A model generated the notes under the pieces. That model ran no database searches and was not told where the DNA came from. It was given only the letters and a program-made list of their open reading frames with translations. Below are positions 10,101 to 19,374 of a stretch of 64,000 bases of DNA, one piece after another (the first letter of the stretch is position 1; the number at the start of each line of letters is the position of its first letter). Where the stretch lies: positions 64,001 through 128,000 of IMG/VR virus record IMGVR_UViG_3300008952_002784, one strand, 5' to 3'. A program made the translations under genes and the position numbers. This stretch comes from a virus.

Positions 10101-13019
10101 CAGAGAAAAGCCAACGTAGACTCAGGTGTCGAACAGGCAGTGAACAGAGTTACGATGGTTGACAATCTATATACTAATACGGGATCAGCAAGCACTGACA
10201 TTGCTGAGTACCCTATTGCCAGACCGTTTATGATACCTACTGGGGCCATGTCTTCCGGGCACACTAGCATACAGACAGGCTCAAGTGTAACTCAAGGGTA
10301 CCAAATTTCGAAAGATGGCCCTGGGCTTTATGTTGACACAATTAGAGATATTGTTTCATTTTCCAGATTTATGCTAGCACCAGATATTGTCAGTGGGTCA
10401 GACCCAATGGCATACGCAAAAACAATACAGACAAAGAAAGGGGGATTTAAAGTTGACCCAAGAACATATGCAGACACAGTTATATCTGGTGTCAACCCGA
10501 ACAGCGAGTTTGTATTGGCCGCCGGAGGGTCGTCACTAGGGTCACACAATTTAAATTTAGATGGTGAAGTAATATCTTTGGCATTTGAAGCTCGATGTCC
10601 AATTCCAAACAAAAGATCAGGGCTTATGTTTTTGGGAGGACAAGACTGGACAGACGAAGGCCAGGCACAATTTGTTGACTCTCTTCAGACAGGCTATAAT
10701 AATCCTGGGTCTAGTGGTTTGGGAATATCATCGGGAAGAAGAATATTAGGTGGAGAATTTCCGGGACTAAACACGCTTTATAGAAATGACTTTAAATTTG
10801 GCACTGTATCCGAAGGCTTTATTGATAATGCCGAAAAAGATTATAAAGTTGCACCGTATCTTTTGCACCCGTCAGATGAGTTGATATTTGGCTGGCAAGC
10901 CCCCCTTCCTCAATCAATATCAGGGAGTAGTTATTCTCAACCTCAACCAGGCGGCCATGGCAATGCAGGTGACTGGGCTTCTGGTTCAAACTATTGCGGT
11001 TGGACTTTCCCCCCGCCATCAGTTTCAGGATATAATCCAGCACCCGGCGGAGGAGATAGATTACCCTCAATTCAAATACTTCCAGGTGAGGGAAAGCTTT
11101 ATATATTCGGGACGTATATCAAAGAGGGTAGCGAAAAAGTAGAACCAACCAGCACTCCAACGTCACTAAATATTCACGAAGCAATTATTGGTGGGTCAGA
11201 AGTATATGATCAATTTGATACAGAGCCTGCAATGATGCATAGCGGGACAATCTACGATAATATTGTAGAGGGTTCAATGAATGCCAGAGGCTTAGAGCTC
11301 AAACATAAAGACTCTGCTATCGTTCGAAGGGTATACAGCAGACAGTCAGAGTCAACAGCTGGGAGCACAGGATCATTCACAAGAGGTGTTCGGTTAGTAG
11401 ATCTAAATGAAAGATTTTATGACACATATTTGCCCGACTTGGGTGAAATGATGAAGATCAATGGAGATAGCCTTTTGGACGGTGCATCTGTGGGTGTTTC
11501 GAAATCGGGCAAGATGCTGACAATTGATGTGTCATACTCTGAACTAGACGGCGCCGGGGATTCTAATGATGTCTCCGGTGTTATAACAATACCTACACCA
11601 CACAGTGGTACTCACAATGTTTTAGTTTTGTCACAACCCTCATACTTTAGTGCGTCTAATAAGACGTCAGGTGACATTGTCCATGTGCAAAATGAAGGCC
11701 CGGCCGATGCATTTGATACGCAGTGGCCCATGATATTTCCATTTGAGCCAAAATATGCAAATATTGATAGATTATCTTCTCCTATCGACAAGAATAAGAG
11801 CATGGCAGTCATAACAGGATCAGACGGATCTAAAATTAGAGACGGAAAAATCACACATGTGCTATTGACTGGAACGCTTTCCTTTATGAAAAGTATAGGC
11901 GCAGGCCCAATAGACACAGAGTATGTATACGGTCATAGAAACATACGATATGCTTATAAGTTTGCCAACTTAAGTTCAAATAAAGTAGATGGACTTTCCT
12001 CAATGGGATTCCACTCAGCATCAGATGGTGGCGCCTCTTGGACGTCTGTTGACTCATGGGCTCACGGAACTTACGGTTATATGACCAGATCAAATGGCTA
12101 TATTATCCGAACCGGTGCATTTAAACTAAATGGAAGACATTATAAGACAACAGAGTCATCATACGGTTATATTGTTGACAATGCAGATTATTATGCAAAT
12201 TTGCATCCCAATGCTTTTGGCCCAGGCGGAGATCTGCACCCGGATAATACAGACTCTGATAGTGATTCTTCTCATTTTTGGTATAACTGGGATGCAGTTT
12301 TTGGTCAAGGCAGCGCCCCATCACACGGAAATACTTCCCCACGCGGCCTTATGACCGGCACTATAGCAGCAGAGAATAACTCCGGCGCCGGCGGAGTATT
12401 GGCTGACACAGAAGACAATCGAACGTTTGCAAATGGATTGCCTCCATCAAATTTGCCATTATCATCTGCTGTAGATCATATACAGTTTAATAGTCAAGTA
12501 GGATTCAATTTGACTGCACTGTATTTTGGCATCGGCGACGGCGTACACAATACTGTACAATTTGGAAGAACATCGGCTCCCGTAGGTAATGCTTTGAGAA
12601 CGATCAATAACAGTTATTATTTGCTCCACAAAACTCAAAAGTTTTATTTGATGTCTCAGCCTGTACTGCGAGGATTTAGATATGGAGTAAAAAACATAAA
12701 ACCAGAAAAGTCATCAGCAGTATTTAGTAGAACTCATTATGGTCACTTTAGAGATATGCATGAGCAACGTCTGTATAGTCGATTTACAAATGCTGACGGC
12801 TTGCAAGATCCTGTCATTACATCACTATTTGTTGATAGAGGAACGGGAAATGTAACATCGCCAGAAAGTACAAATTGTCAGAATCTAAGTCAACATTCCA
12901 CGTCATCGCTACCTTACTTTGATGGAGAAGCAAGGGATAGAAAATCAATACCTCCTGATATGGATATTTCTTCAACTAGCATAACAATTATAGACACTAC
13001 TGACTTAACCGAATTGTAG
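7155..13019 (+). CDS. Very large virion/baseplate protein with N-terminal LamG domain (possible receptor binding)
   Basis: 1954 aa. LamG motifs FTFTCWVKP...WWHVAATYDGS...MKLYVNG...FYIGA...GSISDVAIWKTNLT; Gly/Ser/Thr-rich. Confidence 0.6.
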   Translation: MPTFGPKDGNKLPYDLKTMFVSEKGDLYHSSNDLVAWFRVVSEPETRNGTSGYEMNAHFSEIAASSGSFSGSMNVPPGFSSTEVKYLTGAVTSGRGKSSLDLPAMEILRPRRAKTGSYFKITDSEALKNLSFDAGDGGDNKDPAFTFTCWVKPPANTSIVKNSAIHRDAVRQSGTMGLVWKDYQYSMWIKTGTLACSIYHITDDQTNPAGIDRISAFTGQVIGDDQPATSHTGSLRSGPDMSAQRGPWWHVAATYDGSQSASGMKLYVNGIPTLAGTSSRYTGPTFSGASGMVHTGSGFYIGAARDEDDREVFITGSISDVAIWKTNLTDEGIRAVYHASLNGMRKARSGYLTNPPRVRLHEYDNKYGTDTYHYPAAKRLLGDVDFKGNKKSWYDDTRSIYFQSPFAESKIYFWKRPEHKTKISLEDNRTNPHKVHFIFDHNTGSVGEIVNITSGTTSGTVFDLTVGIQGKYSAEKVSKAFIRAVNECKQLHIRAERFYDDDDPGTVSPVRLTQQNVGSTGNTVIGLTGSVNIHIKNVPSGSPDLRTPTGLTDIKRFTGGSERKVVYPMMLQSSSIYLTSSIVSPNLFSPQSQASGSSNITPSQWGGGIVAPGVVKKGVSDHSARHGSIDINPARLFERTGIKSQTVESDLGQYKLQGSGTFDQTEFTREVLTPFDESAHPFSFDFRHNRLVDPKHSTDLSMSGEFFGTGSNPSIVGYGFASKLGSKHVIEIDLTPTTGSTQLKYTTGSGQMTMAYFQFNEHNKGGSPAKGDGPDYTYYDAEGPSRSFKGIGLQKQLLLSASASDIIDSGQDAPGGPSSPSTAELNYFVDNLYAGFGQGTLQRSHNEKSHPAGPRGKGAGVIKRTWDNASWSSPITTFGFPFHPKYHATSSMTYPLSGVIDGPFLFEKAVYVFKARTTGSNVISWGEGKNQDEDWGGPDYGGTTTISDWSNLSYDTTLSSAQLGLQYPAYANLPAYTFFILNQRKANVDSGVEQAVNRVTMVDNLYTNTGSASTDIAEYPIARPFMIPTGAMSSGHTSIQTGSSVTQGYQISKDGPGLYVDTIRDIVSFSRFMLAPDIVSGSDPMAYAKTIQTKKGGFKVDPRTYADTVISGVNPNSEFVLAAGGSSLGSHNLNLDGEVISLAFEARCPIPNKRSGLMFLGGQDWTDEGQAQFVDSLQTGYNNPGSSGLGISSGRRILGGEFPGLNTLYRNDFKFGTVSEGFIDNAEKDYKVAPYLLHPSDELIFGWQAPLPQSISGSSYSQPQPGGHGNAGDWASGSNYCGWTFPPPSVSGYNPAPGGGDRLPSIQILPGEGKLYIFGTYIKEGSEKVEPTSTPTSLNIHEAIIGGSEVYDQFDTEPAMMHSGTIYDNIVEGSMNARGLELKHKDSAIVRRVYSRQSESTAGSTGSFTRGVRLVDLNERFYDTYLPDLGEMMKINGDSLLDGASVGVSKSGKMLTIDVSYSELDGAGDSNDVSGVITIPTPHSGTHNVLVLSQPSYFSASNKTSGDIVHVQNEGPADAFDTQWPMIFPFEPKYANIDRLSSPIDKNKSMAVITGSDGSKIRDGKITHVLLTGTLSFMKSIGAGPIDTEYVYGHRNIRYAYKFANLSSNKVDGLSSMGFHSASDGGASWTSVDSWAHGTYGYMTRSNGYIIRTGAFKLNGRHYKTTESSYGYIVDNADYYANLHPNAFGPGGDLHPDNTDSDSDSSHFWYNWDAVFGQGSAPSHGNTSPRGLMTGTIAAENNSGAGGVLADTEDNRTFANGLPPSNLPLSSAVDHIQFNSQVGFNLTALYFGIGDGVHNTVQFGRTSAPVGNALRTINNSYYLLHKTQKFYLMSQPVLRGFRYGVKNIKPEKSSAVFSRTHYGHFRDMHEQRLYSRFTNADGLQDPVITSLFVDRGTGNVTSPESTNCQNLSQHSTSSLPYFDGEARDRKSIPPDMDISSTSITIIDTTDLTEL

Positions 13020-13030
13020 AGTAATGTAAT

Positions 13031-13408
13031 ATGGCATCAAGCATTGATAAAAAATCGATTAAAACTTCTGAAAAACTATTAGTTGCCGATAATGAAGGCC
13101 AGATTTCATCTTTAGTTTTCCCGCATAAGATGCAAATAGGAATCCCTAGCAAAGATTATAATAGTAATTTAGAAGTGTACGGCTCAGTAATATTAAAGGG
13201 TGAAGAGAGTGTTGTCGCATCAAAAAATACATCGATGTTTCGAGGTGGTGGATTTATTTACGCTAATAGTTCAGTCATGACAGGTTCTCTAACATTTCCG
13301 GAAAATTATAATGGATTGATAATGGGCCCATACGTGATAGGTGATACATGCACCTTGACAATATCATCAGGCTCGTCATTAGTAGTGAAAGGATTTGAAG
13401 ACTTTTAG
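13031..13408 (+). CDS. Small tail-fibre-associated protein
   Basis: 125 aa. C-terminal TFPENYNGLIMGPYVIGDTCTLTISSGSSLVV resembles a common phage fibre-associated module, and the gene lies directly before a fibre gene. Confidence 0.45.
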   Translation: MASSIDKKSIKTSEKLLVADNEGQISSLVFPHKMQIGIPSKDYNSNLEVYGSVILKGEESVVASKNTSMFRGGGFIYANSSVMTGSLTFPENYNGLIMGPYVIGDTCTLTISSGSSLVVKGFEDF

Positions 13409-13416
13409 GAAAGAAT

Positions 13417-14748
13417 ATGAGTAAACTCAAAGTAAATAAAATAGGCCCGCTAAGTGGAAATTCTTTCACAATTCTTGATGATGACGGTTCATCATCTAGA
13501 ATAACAATTGATACATCAGGTAACGTAGGTATAGGGCAATCGTCACCTTCAGCTAAGCTAGAAATAGAGGTAGGCTCTGCAGACGGAGTAACCGGTTTAT
13601 TGATTGATGCAGATGATGCAGATCAAATTGCATTGCAAATAGAATCAGATCAGACTACTGTAGATGTTATTGATATTACAGCAGACTCACTAACCACAGG
13701 TTATGTAATCGACATATCTGCTGATGCTCTAACATCAGGGAGAATACTAAACCTGGATTCTGATTCTTCTAGCACTTCAACTAGATATCTAGTTCATCTT
13801 GCTAATAATAATACTGCAGCGGTAAACACTATTCCGCTTATCATACAGCAAGACGCAGTTGAAATTGCTGCAAGAATATGGACGTCTCAATCATCATTTA
13901 CAGAGCCGTTATTAGAAGTGAAAAATCTAGGTTCAGATGCTCAAGGTCCTATTTTACGTCTAACCAAGAATGGATCATCAGCTGCAGCAGCTGATGAATG
14001 CGGTGAGATAAGCTTTTATGGCGAAGACTCTGACGGTAATGCTACTGAGTTTGGCAATATTCAATGTATTCAGATAGATGAGACAGCAGGCTCTGAAGAA
14101 GGAGCTCTTGTTTTTTCTGTCGCAGAGTATGATGGCACACTTACTGAAGGGATGAGAATATTGGGTCATTCAGCTGGTGCTAGAACTCAAGTATTGATTG
14201 GCCGGTCAACTTCATCATTTTCCACCCTGTTTGACTGCTATGCTAACTTGTCTGGATATGCAGGATCTTTTTACAATGATGGCGACTCTAGTGACCGAAA
14301 GGGTATTTACATCGTATGCGGCCCCGACACCCCGGCTTCTCAAGGTGATTGCGTATACATAGGCTTCGCCGACGGCAACTCAACAGCCGCGGGAGGAATT
14401 CAATGTGGCTCAACAGTAGCAAACCCTGAATTCTTCAACGGATCAGATGCTAGAATTAAAAACAATATTGCACCTACTAAAGTTATTGGCCTAGATGTAA
14501 TTAATGGGCTTGAAATGAAGGAATTTCGATGGGATCCTGATTTTTGCTCATACTCTGGGTTAAATAGAATTGGTTTTATTGCTCAAAATTGTGAAAACGT
14601 ATATCCTGAAATGGTTTCTGAGCATGATCATAATTTGTATGACTTCGACATCAAGACAGTTGCAAAAGGAGAACTAATTCCAGTTCTAGTTAAAGCAATT
14701 CAGGAATTAAGCAATAAGATTGATTACATAGAGTCACAATTATCATGA
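13417..14748 (+). CDS. Tail fibre/spike with C-terminal intramolecular chaperone (peptidase S74)
   Basis: Fibre repeat ITIDTSGNVGIG. S74 motifs NG|SDARIKNNI and GFIAQNCENVYPEMV, then an LVKAIQELS coiled coil. Confidence 0.85.
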   Translation: MSKLKVNKIGPLSGNSFTILDDDGSSSRITIDTSGNVGIGQSSPSAKLEIEVGSADGVTGLLIDADDADQIALQIESDQTTVDVIDITADSLTTGYVIDISADALTSGRILNLDSDSSSTSTRYLVHLANNNTAAVNTIPLIIQQDAVEIAARIWTSQSSFTEPLLEVKNLGSDAQGPILRLTKNGSSAAAADECGEISFYGEDSDGNATEFGNIQCIQIDETAGSEEGALVFSVAEYDGTLTEGMRILGHSAGARTQVLIGRSTSSFSTLFDCYANLSGYAGSFYNDGDSSDRKGIYIVCGPDTPASQGDCVYIGFADGNSTAAGGIQCGSTVANPEFFNGSDARIKNNIAPTKVIGLDVINGLEMKEFRWDPDFCSYSGLNRIGFIAQNCENVYPEMVSEHDHNLYDFDIKTVAKGELIPVLVKAIQELSNKIDYIESQLS

Positions 14749-14782
14749 TCGATGAAAGTTTGCTTAGGGATAGTTAGATTAC

Positions 14783-15775
14783 ATGGCAGGAATTCTTAAC
14801 AATAAACAACGTGTATTCGACTTTATCTTTACAGATCAAGGAAAAGAACAGCTAGTCAACAATTCACTGGAAATAAAGTATGCATCTTTTACAGATAGGC
14901 ATACCTTCTATGAGACTTCAGGTTCAGATCGAGTAGCTACTGATGCTTCAAATAGAATAATGTTTGAAGCAGTGTCTAGAGCTAGTGACTTAATAGTAGT
15001 AGAGTACGATCCACTAGGGAAAGTCAAGCCATTCAAAGCCGGCGACTTTTCATATGGCGGAATGTCTGTCCTCACATCTTCTGTTGACTTAGAAAGCAGC
15101 GGTACTATAGTCACACAACTCACAGGCGCAGCAATCCTCGAGTCAGCAGACAGTCTTATTCATGCCATATCAAATAATTTCAGAGATCAGCAGCTATTAG
15201 GTACGCTTGACTCAACATCTTCAACAGAGGGTTTTGAAGTTGACAAGACTAGTCACACGTTTACTGTTGACGACACAAAACCCCACCCACACGGATCCCT
15301 AGCAGACACTGATACACTAGGTACTAATGCAAATAGAAATATCAACGTAGCATCAGTAAACGCAATTGAGAGCTTATTTCACGATAGAAGATTGGCACAC
15401 TTGCCCAATTTTAAATATTTACCGCCAGTAAATCCAATCCAACCCGGGAGTACTTCACCACCTCCCCTGGGGTCATATGTAAATCTTAATCAATCGTCTA
15501 TAATGACTATCCAAGATTTAGAAGCAAATTTGGATAGTAAAGAATACGTTGATATTGACTTTATTGAGACATCAAGAGATAACAATATTATCGTTCAGCC
15601 GTTTGAGTTTAGATCAGACACAGGATTTAGCAAGCTAGCAATAATCGACTACGGAGAATTTGAAGATGAAGATCCTTCTTCTTTCGGTAAAAGAGTCTTT
15701 TTTGTAGGCAAGCTATTAGTAGATGATTTCGGGCAACAAACATTTGTCAATGTCTTTACAGTGGTGTTCGACTAA
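14783..15775 (+). CDS. Virion structural protein (N-terminus paralogous to 25660..26364)
   Basis: 330 aa. MAGILNNKQRVFDFIFTDQGKEQL..YASFTD aligns by eye with MGFLDHSSNNIIVDAVLTEKGREIL..YTLADD. Confidence 0.5.
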   Translation: MAGILNNKQRVFDFIFTDQGKEQLVNNSLEIKYASFTDRHTFYETSGSDRVATDASNRIMFEAVSRASDLIVVEYDPLGKVKPFKAGDFSYGGMSVLTSSVDLESSGTIVTQLTGAAILESADSLIHAISNNFRDQQLLGTLDSTSSTEGFEVDKTSHTFTVDDTKPHPHGSLADTDTLGTNANRNINVASVNAIESLFHDRRLAHLPNFKYLPPVNPIQPGSTSPPPLGSYVNLNQSSIMTIQDLEANLDSKEYVDIDFIETSRDNNIIVQPFEFRSDTGFSKLAIIDYGEFEDEDPSSFGKRVFFVGKLLVDDFGQQTFVNVFTVVFD

Positions 15776-18700
15776 TGAAAGTATTACAGCAAGTATCAAC
15801 TTCGACAACACTACAACAAGGTGCAGCTAATATAACTAGCGGCAAAAGTAGCAAAACGTCTACAGCTGCTTCTATTTCATCTTTAGCATCATCACCAGGT
15901 GTAACAGGTATATCAGTTTCGCAAGGTATCTCAGCTGCTTCAGCAGTCTCTAGCGTATCTAGTTTAGCCACACTGGGAACCACAAGAATGATTCCGATAA
16001 CAGATCCATCAATTTCGTTTAGTGATGTATTCGAAATTGATTCTGACCGAGGTTTATCTTTACTGGTTGATTTATTACCGGGACAATATGTCGATGATCA
16101 AAACTTGGGTGTTTTGTCCACAGAGGGTGATTTTACTTATCAGCTTAGATTCTTCATTGATAAAACAGCAGCAATATCAAATTCTGTAACAAAAGTAGTG
16201 TTCAAGTTTTTCGAAGATCCGACAGGTACAGCCACTTCAAGAGAAACTAGTGGGCTAAGAAATACTAATTTGAACGATGCACTGAGCTCTGTGTCTATGA
16301 TAAAAGGAAGGACAGCAGCATATAGTTCTGCAGTTTCAGCGCTTAGTACTTCTCCAGTTGTGTCATCTGTTAGCACAATATCACCCGCCACTAGTATCGC
16401 AACGTCTGTTGCATCTGTATCACTAACATCTCATCAATTAGAATTGATTAGTTCAACCTCAGCAACTGGTTATTTTAAAGAAGTGTCTGTTGATTTGTCC
16501 TCCTATCTTGGCATTGATGAAATACCATCTGTTACAGAATTAGCAGGGGGTGTCTTAGCGTCTATTCCAATTACATATACATTTGGTGTAAGTACAGCAG
16601 CAACACCGACAGCTGTTTCTGAAAAAATAACAAAGGGCTCACATACTACTATAACATCTCAAATTGATCTAAAGCCAAAAGCTTTATCTGTCAATCCATT
16701 CAATAATGCAGGATTAGAAAATGGAAATGGATTGACAACATCAACTACATCTGTTACTAATAGAATGTCATCTAACGCCGGCGTCACTGCAGTGCAAAAT
16801 TCTTTAATTGATCCAGCTGCACTTGGTCAATTATCATTTTCAGGAGCAACAATAAGTAGTGCGATGGGAACTTCCATCCCCGGCCTCGGTAGTATGGGTG
16901 CTTCTTCATTTTCTATGGGTAACGTTACATCGACAGGAATAAACAGTGTAGCAACAATGCAATCATTGCCAAACCCAGTAGCATTTGGCGTGTCATCTCC
17001 GATTAGTAATTTGAACAGTAATCTTGGATCGTTATCTATAGGAAATGATGACAATAAAACAGTATTGAATTCAACTGCTATGAGTAATTTCTCTCAGGAT
17101 TTATTTTCTAATCCTATAACTGATCTAAGCGCGCCAATAGACTCTATCTCGACATTGTCGTTACCTGCCAGCATAGCATCAGTAAGCATAGGCGAAATAC
17201 AGTCTGAATTAATTGAGATAATACAAAACGTTTCATTTGGCATAGATTTCTTAGCACAAAGAGAGAAATTTTATGTTGTTGTTGAATTGATGGGCGACAA
17301 CGGTGCAACACCGATTGCAACAAAAGAATTCTCCGTTCTTCACAGAGACATGTTGATCGAATTTTTATATCCCAGTATACCCCCTGCTGTTTCTTGTACT
17401 CTGAGTTTAGGTGATGTCAACAACATAATGATAACTCAACGAGATCCGATTGGAACACACGTAAGAATAGAAAGGAAGATAGTCGACCCAGACAACATGG
17501 ACAACGGATTTCAAGTTATTGAAGACAAGATTTTAGTGTCACCCTCTATGGGAAGCATAATATATACTGACAGAGACGCGAATTGTTATAATCCCAAGTC
17601 TGCAATTTATCGAGTTACGCCTATAGGCCCTACTGGAGGTGAGGGAACAACGTTTGGCTGGACAGTTGTCAACGGAGTTCCTGTGCCCGAACCTGTAAAA
17701 AAGAGTGATAGTAAATATAGTGTAGTACTCAGTGCTGAGAATTCGGGTGACGGAATAAAGATTGAATTGTCGAATATTTCTGAAGCAATTCAGTCTATTA
17801 CGTTGCTCAAAAAATGCTATTCTCTACGTGGTTTTCCTTCTCATTCTGAATATACACGAATTCCAATTCAGGGAAAGACAGTCTATAATTTGCCAGAGGG
17901 TAAAAAATCAGTAACTGTATTCGACAAGTCAGTTGTATCCAATTACGAGTACTTGTATCAGTGTGAAGTACACCCACGAGGCTTTGCAAGTTCTGAAGTT
18001 GCCAACGGTTACGCGCTCAAGGAGTATATAGCACCCGTGAGAGATAATGCTGCTGCGTCTATAGACGGATTTACATATGATAAAACAATTGGCGGTATAA
18101 AGTACAATTTGTCATCAACGCCTTCTGAACAATCATATCAAAGCATTCAAAATCTACTCAAGTTAGCAAATGTTGCTGAATCGTTCATTGAAGATCTTAA
18201 CGAAAATAGGTCTAGACTTGACGAGATGATAATGTTCCATGTTTCCAGATTCAATCTAAGCTCCGGAAAGAAATATTCGTACGGGATTTACCCACCGGGA
18301 AAATTTGAAGACAGTGCTAAAGTTCAAGGAGCGAAAAATATTCCAGCTTTAGAGCCGGGAGTAACTTATCGATATGTCAATGAATTGATGCTGACGCCCC
18401 CCGAAATACTATTCAAAGACGCTGTGACCAAGATATCTACTCAGGGTCTAGTAGAGACAACAACATCAGTTTTGTCAGAGAAATTTTATAGCTCTTTGCT
18501 TGGCGATAGGCGTATGCCAAGTCAAAGAGAACTGAACGATCGATCATCATCATCAGAAAAGCAGATATATCGAGGCAGAACAGGGATTGAGCTATCTCAA
18601 GAATACACAATCCCAGCAATACCTCCAGAGATATTATCAATAAGCGCTAGAAAGTCTTGTCTTGGGATTAATAATGTAACTTTCACATGCTCAGGAGATA

Positions 18701-19374
18701 TTTCTAGAGTTGATCATTTTCTTGTTTGCTGCAGATATATGGGTACAACGAGTGTGCTAGGATCAGTAACACCCGGTCAGTCTAAGGGGTCAACATACAC
18801 ATTTAGAGATTTACAATTGTCCCGTGAGTTGGGTGACATAGAGTACTTTATTATTCTTGTAAATAATAATTATACCAAAACGTACAATCCAACAAAGTCA
18901 GCAACTCTGTCACAATCGTCTGATGTTCCAAGCATATTGTTGAGCTTAAAACATGCACCCAAGAATTCAATGCCGGATAATATTGTAGGTGTTGGAGGTT
19001 CGAAAGCCGGCTCACACAAAGCTGCTAGACTGTCAAGTAAGAATTCTAAGAGCGTTATACCAGGTGGTAGATCTACCAAGACAGGCAAATTTACAATTAT
19101 GCGAGATGCTTCCGGAGTCTCACAAGCAGCATTAGTATCACAGAAAAGCGTCCAAGGTGCAGCTAGGGTAGGATCTACGTCTACAAAAAGAAGATCATCA
19201 TCTGCTTCAAGTAGCAAACCAAAGAAAGCAACTGCATCACAGATCAAATCTTTGTCAGTAGATGAATCTACAGCTAGGTTACAAGGTACATCAAGTTCAT
19301 CTAGGGCTAAGTCTACACAAAGCTCAACAAAAAGATCATCTCGTAGGTCTAGCGGAAAAGGAAGGAACAGGTAA
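15775..19374 (+). CDS. Large Ser/Thr-rich virion protein with Ig/FN3-like domains and basic C-terminal tail
   Basis: 1199 aa. Low-complexity S/T N-terminus; FN3-like segments (YTD...IYRVTP; FDKSVVSNYEYLYQ; LEPGVTYRY); S/K/R-rich C-terminus. Confidence 0.5.
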   Translation: MKVLQQVSTSTTLQQGAANITSGKSSKTSTAASISSLASSPGVTGISVSQGISAASAVSSVSSLATLGTTRMIPITDPSISFSDVFEIDSDRGLSLLVDLLPGQYVDDQNLGVLSTEGDFTYQLRFFIDKTAAISNSVTKVVFKFFEDPTGTATSRETSGLRNTNLNDALSSVSMIKGRTAAYSSAVSALSTSPVVSSVSTISPATSIATSVASVSLTSHQLELISSTSATGYFKEVSVDLSSYLGIDEIPSVTELAGGVLASIPITYTFGVSTAATPTAVSEKITKGSHTTITSQIDLKPKALSVNPFNNAGLENGNGLTTSTTSVTNRMSSNAGVTAVQNSLIDPAALGQLSFSGATISSAMGTSIPGLGSMGASSFSMGNVTSTGINSVATMQSLPNPVAFGVSSPISNLNSNLGSLSIGNDDNKTVLNSTAMSNFSQDLFSNPITDLSAPIDSISTLSLPASIASVSIGEIQSELIEIIQNVSFGIDFLAQREKFYVVVELMGDNGATPIATKEFSVLHRDMLIEFLYPSIPPAVSCTLSLGDVNNIMITQRDPIGTHVRIERKIVDPDNMDNGFQVIEDKILVSPSMGSIIYTDRDANCYNPKSAIYRVTPIGPTGGEGTTFGWTVVNGVPVPEPVKKSDSKYSVVLSAENSGDGIKIELSNISEAIQSITLLKKCYSLRGFPSHSEYTRIPIQGKTVYNLPEGKKSVTVFDKSVVSNYEYLYQCEVHPRGFASSEVANGYALKEYIAPVRDNAAASIDGFTYDKTIGGIKYNLSSTPSEQSYQSIQNLLKLANVAESFIEDLNENRSRLDEMIMFHVSRFNLSSGKKYSYGIYPPGKFEDSAKVQGAKNIPALEPGVTYRYVNELMLTPPEILFKDAVTKISTQGLVETTTSVLSEKFYSSLLGDRRMPSQRELNDRSSSSEKQIYRGRTGIELSQEYTIPAIPPEILSISARKSCLGINNVTFTCSGDISRVDHFLVCCRYMGTTSVLGSVTPGQSKGSTYTFRDLQLSRELGDIEYFIILVNNNYTKTYNPTKSATLSQSSDVPSILLSLKHAPKNSMPDNIVGVGGSKAGSHKAARLSSKNSKSVIPGGRSTKTGKFTIMRDASGVSQAALVSQKSVQGAARVGSTSTKRRSSSASSSKPKKATASQIKSLSVDESTARLQGTSSSSRAKSTQSSTKRSSRRSSGKGRNR

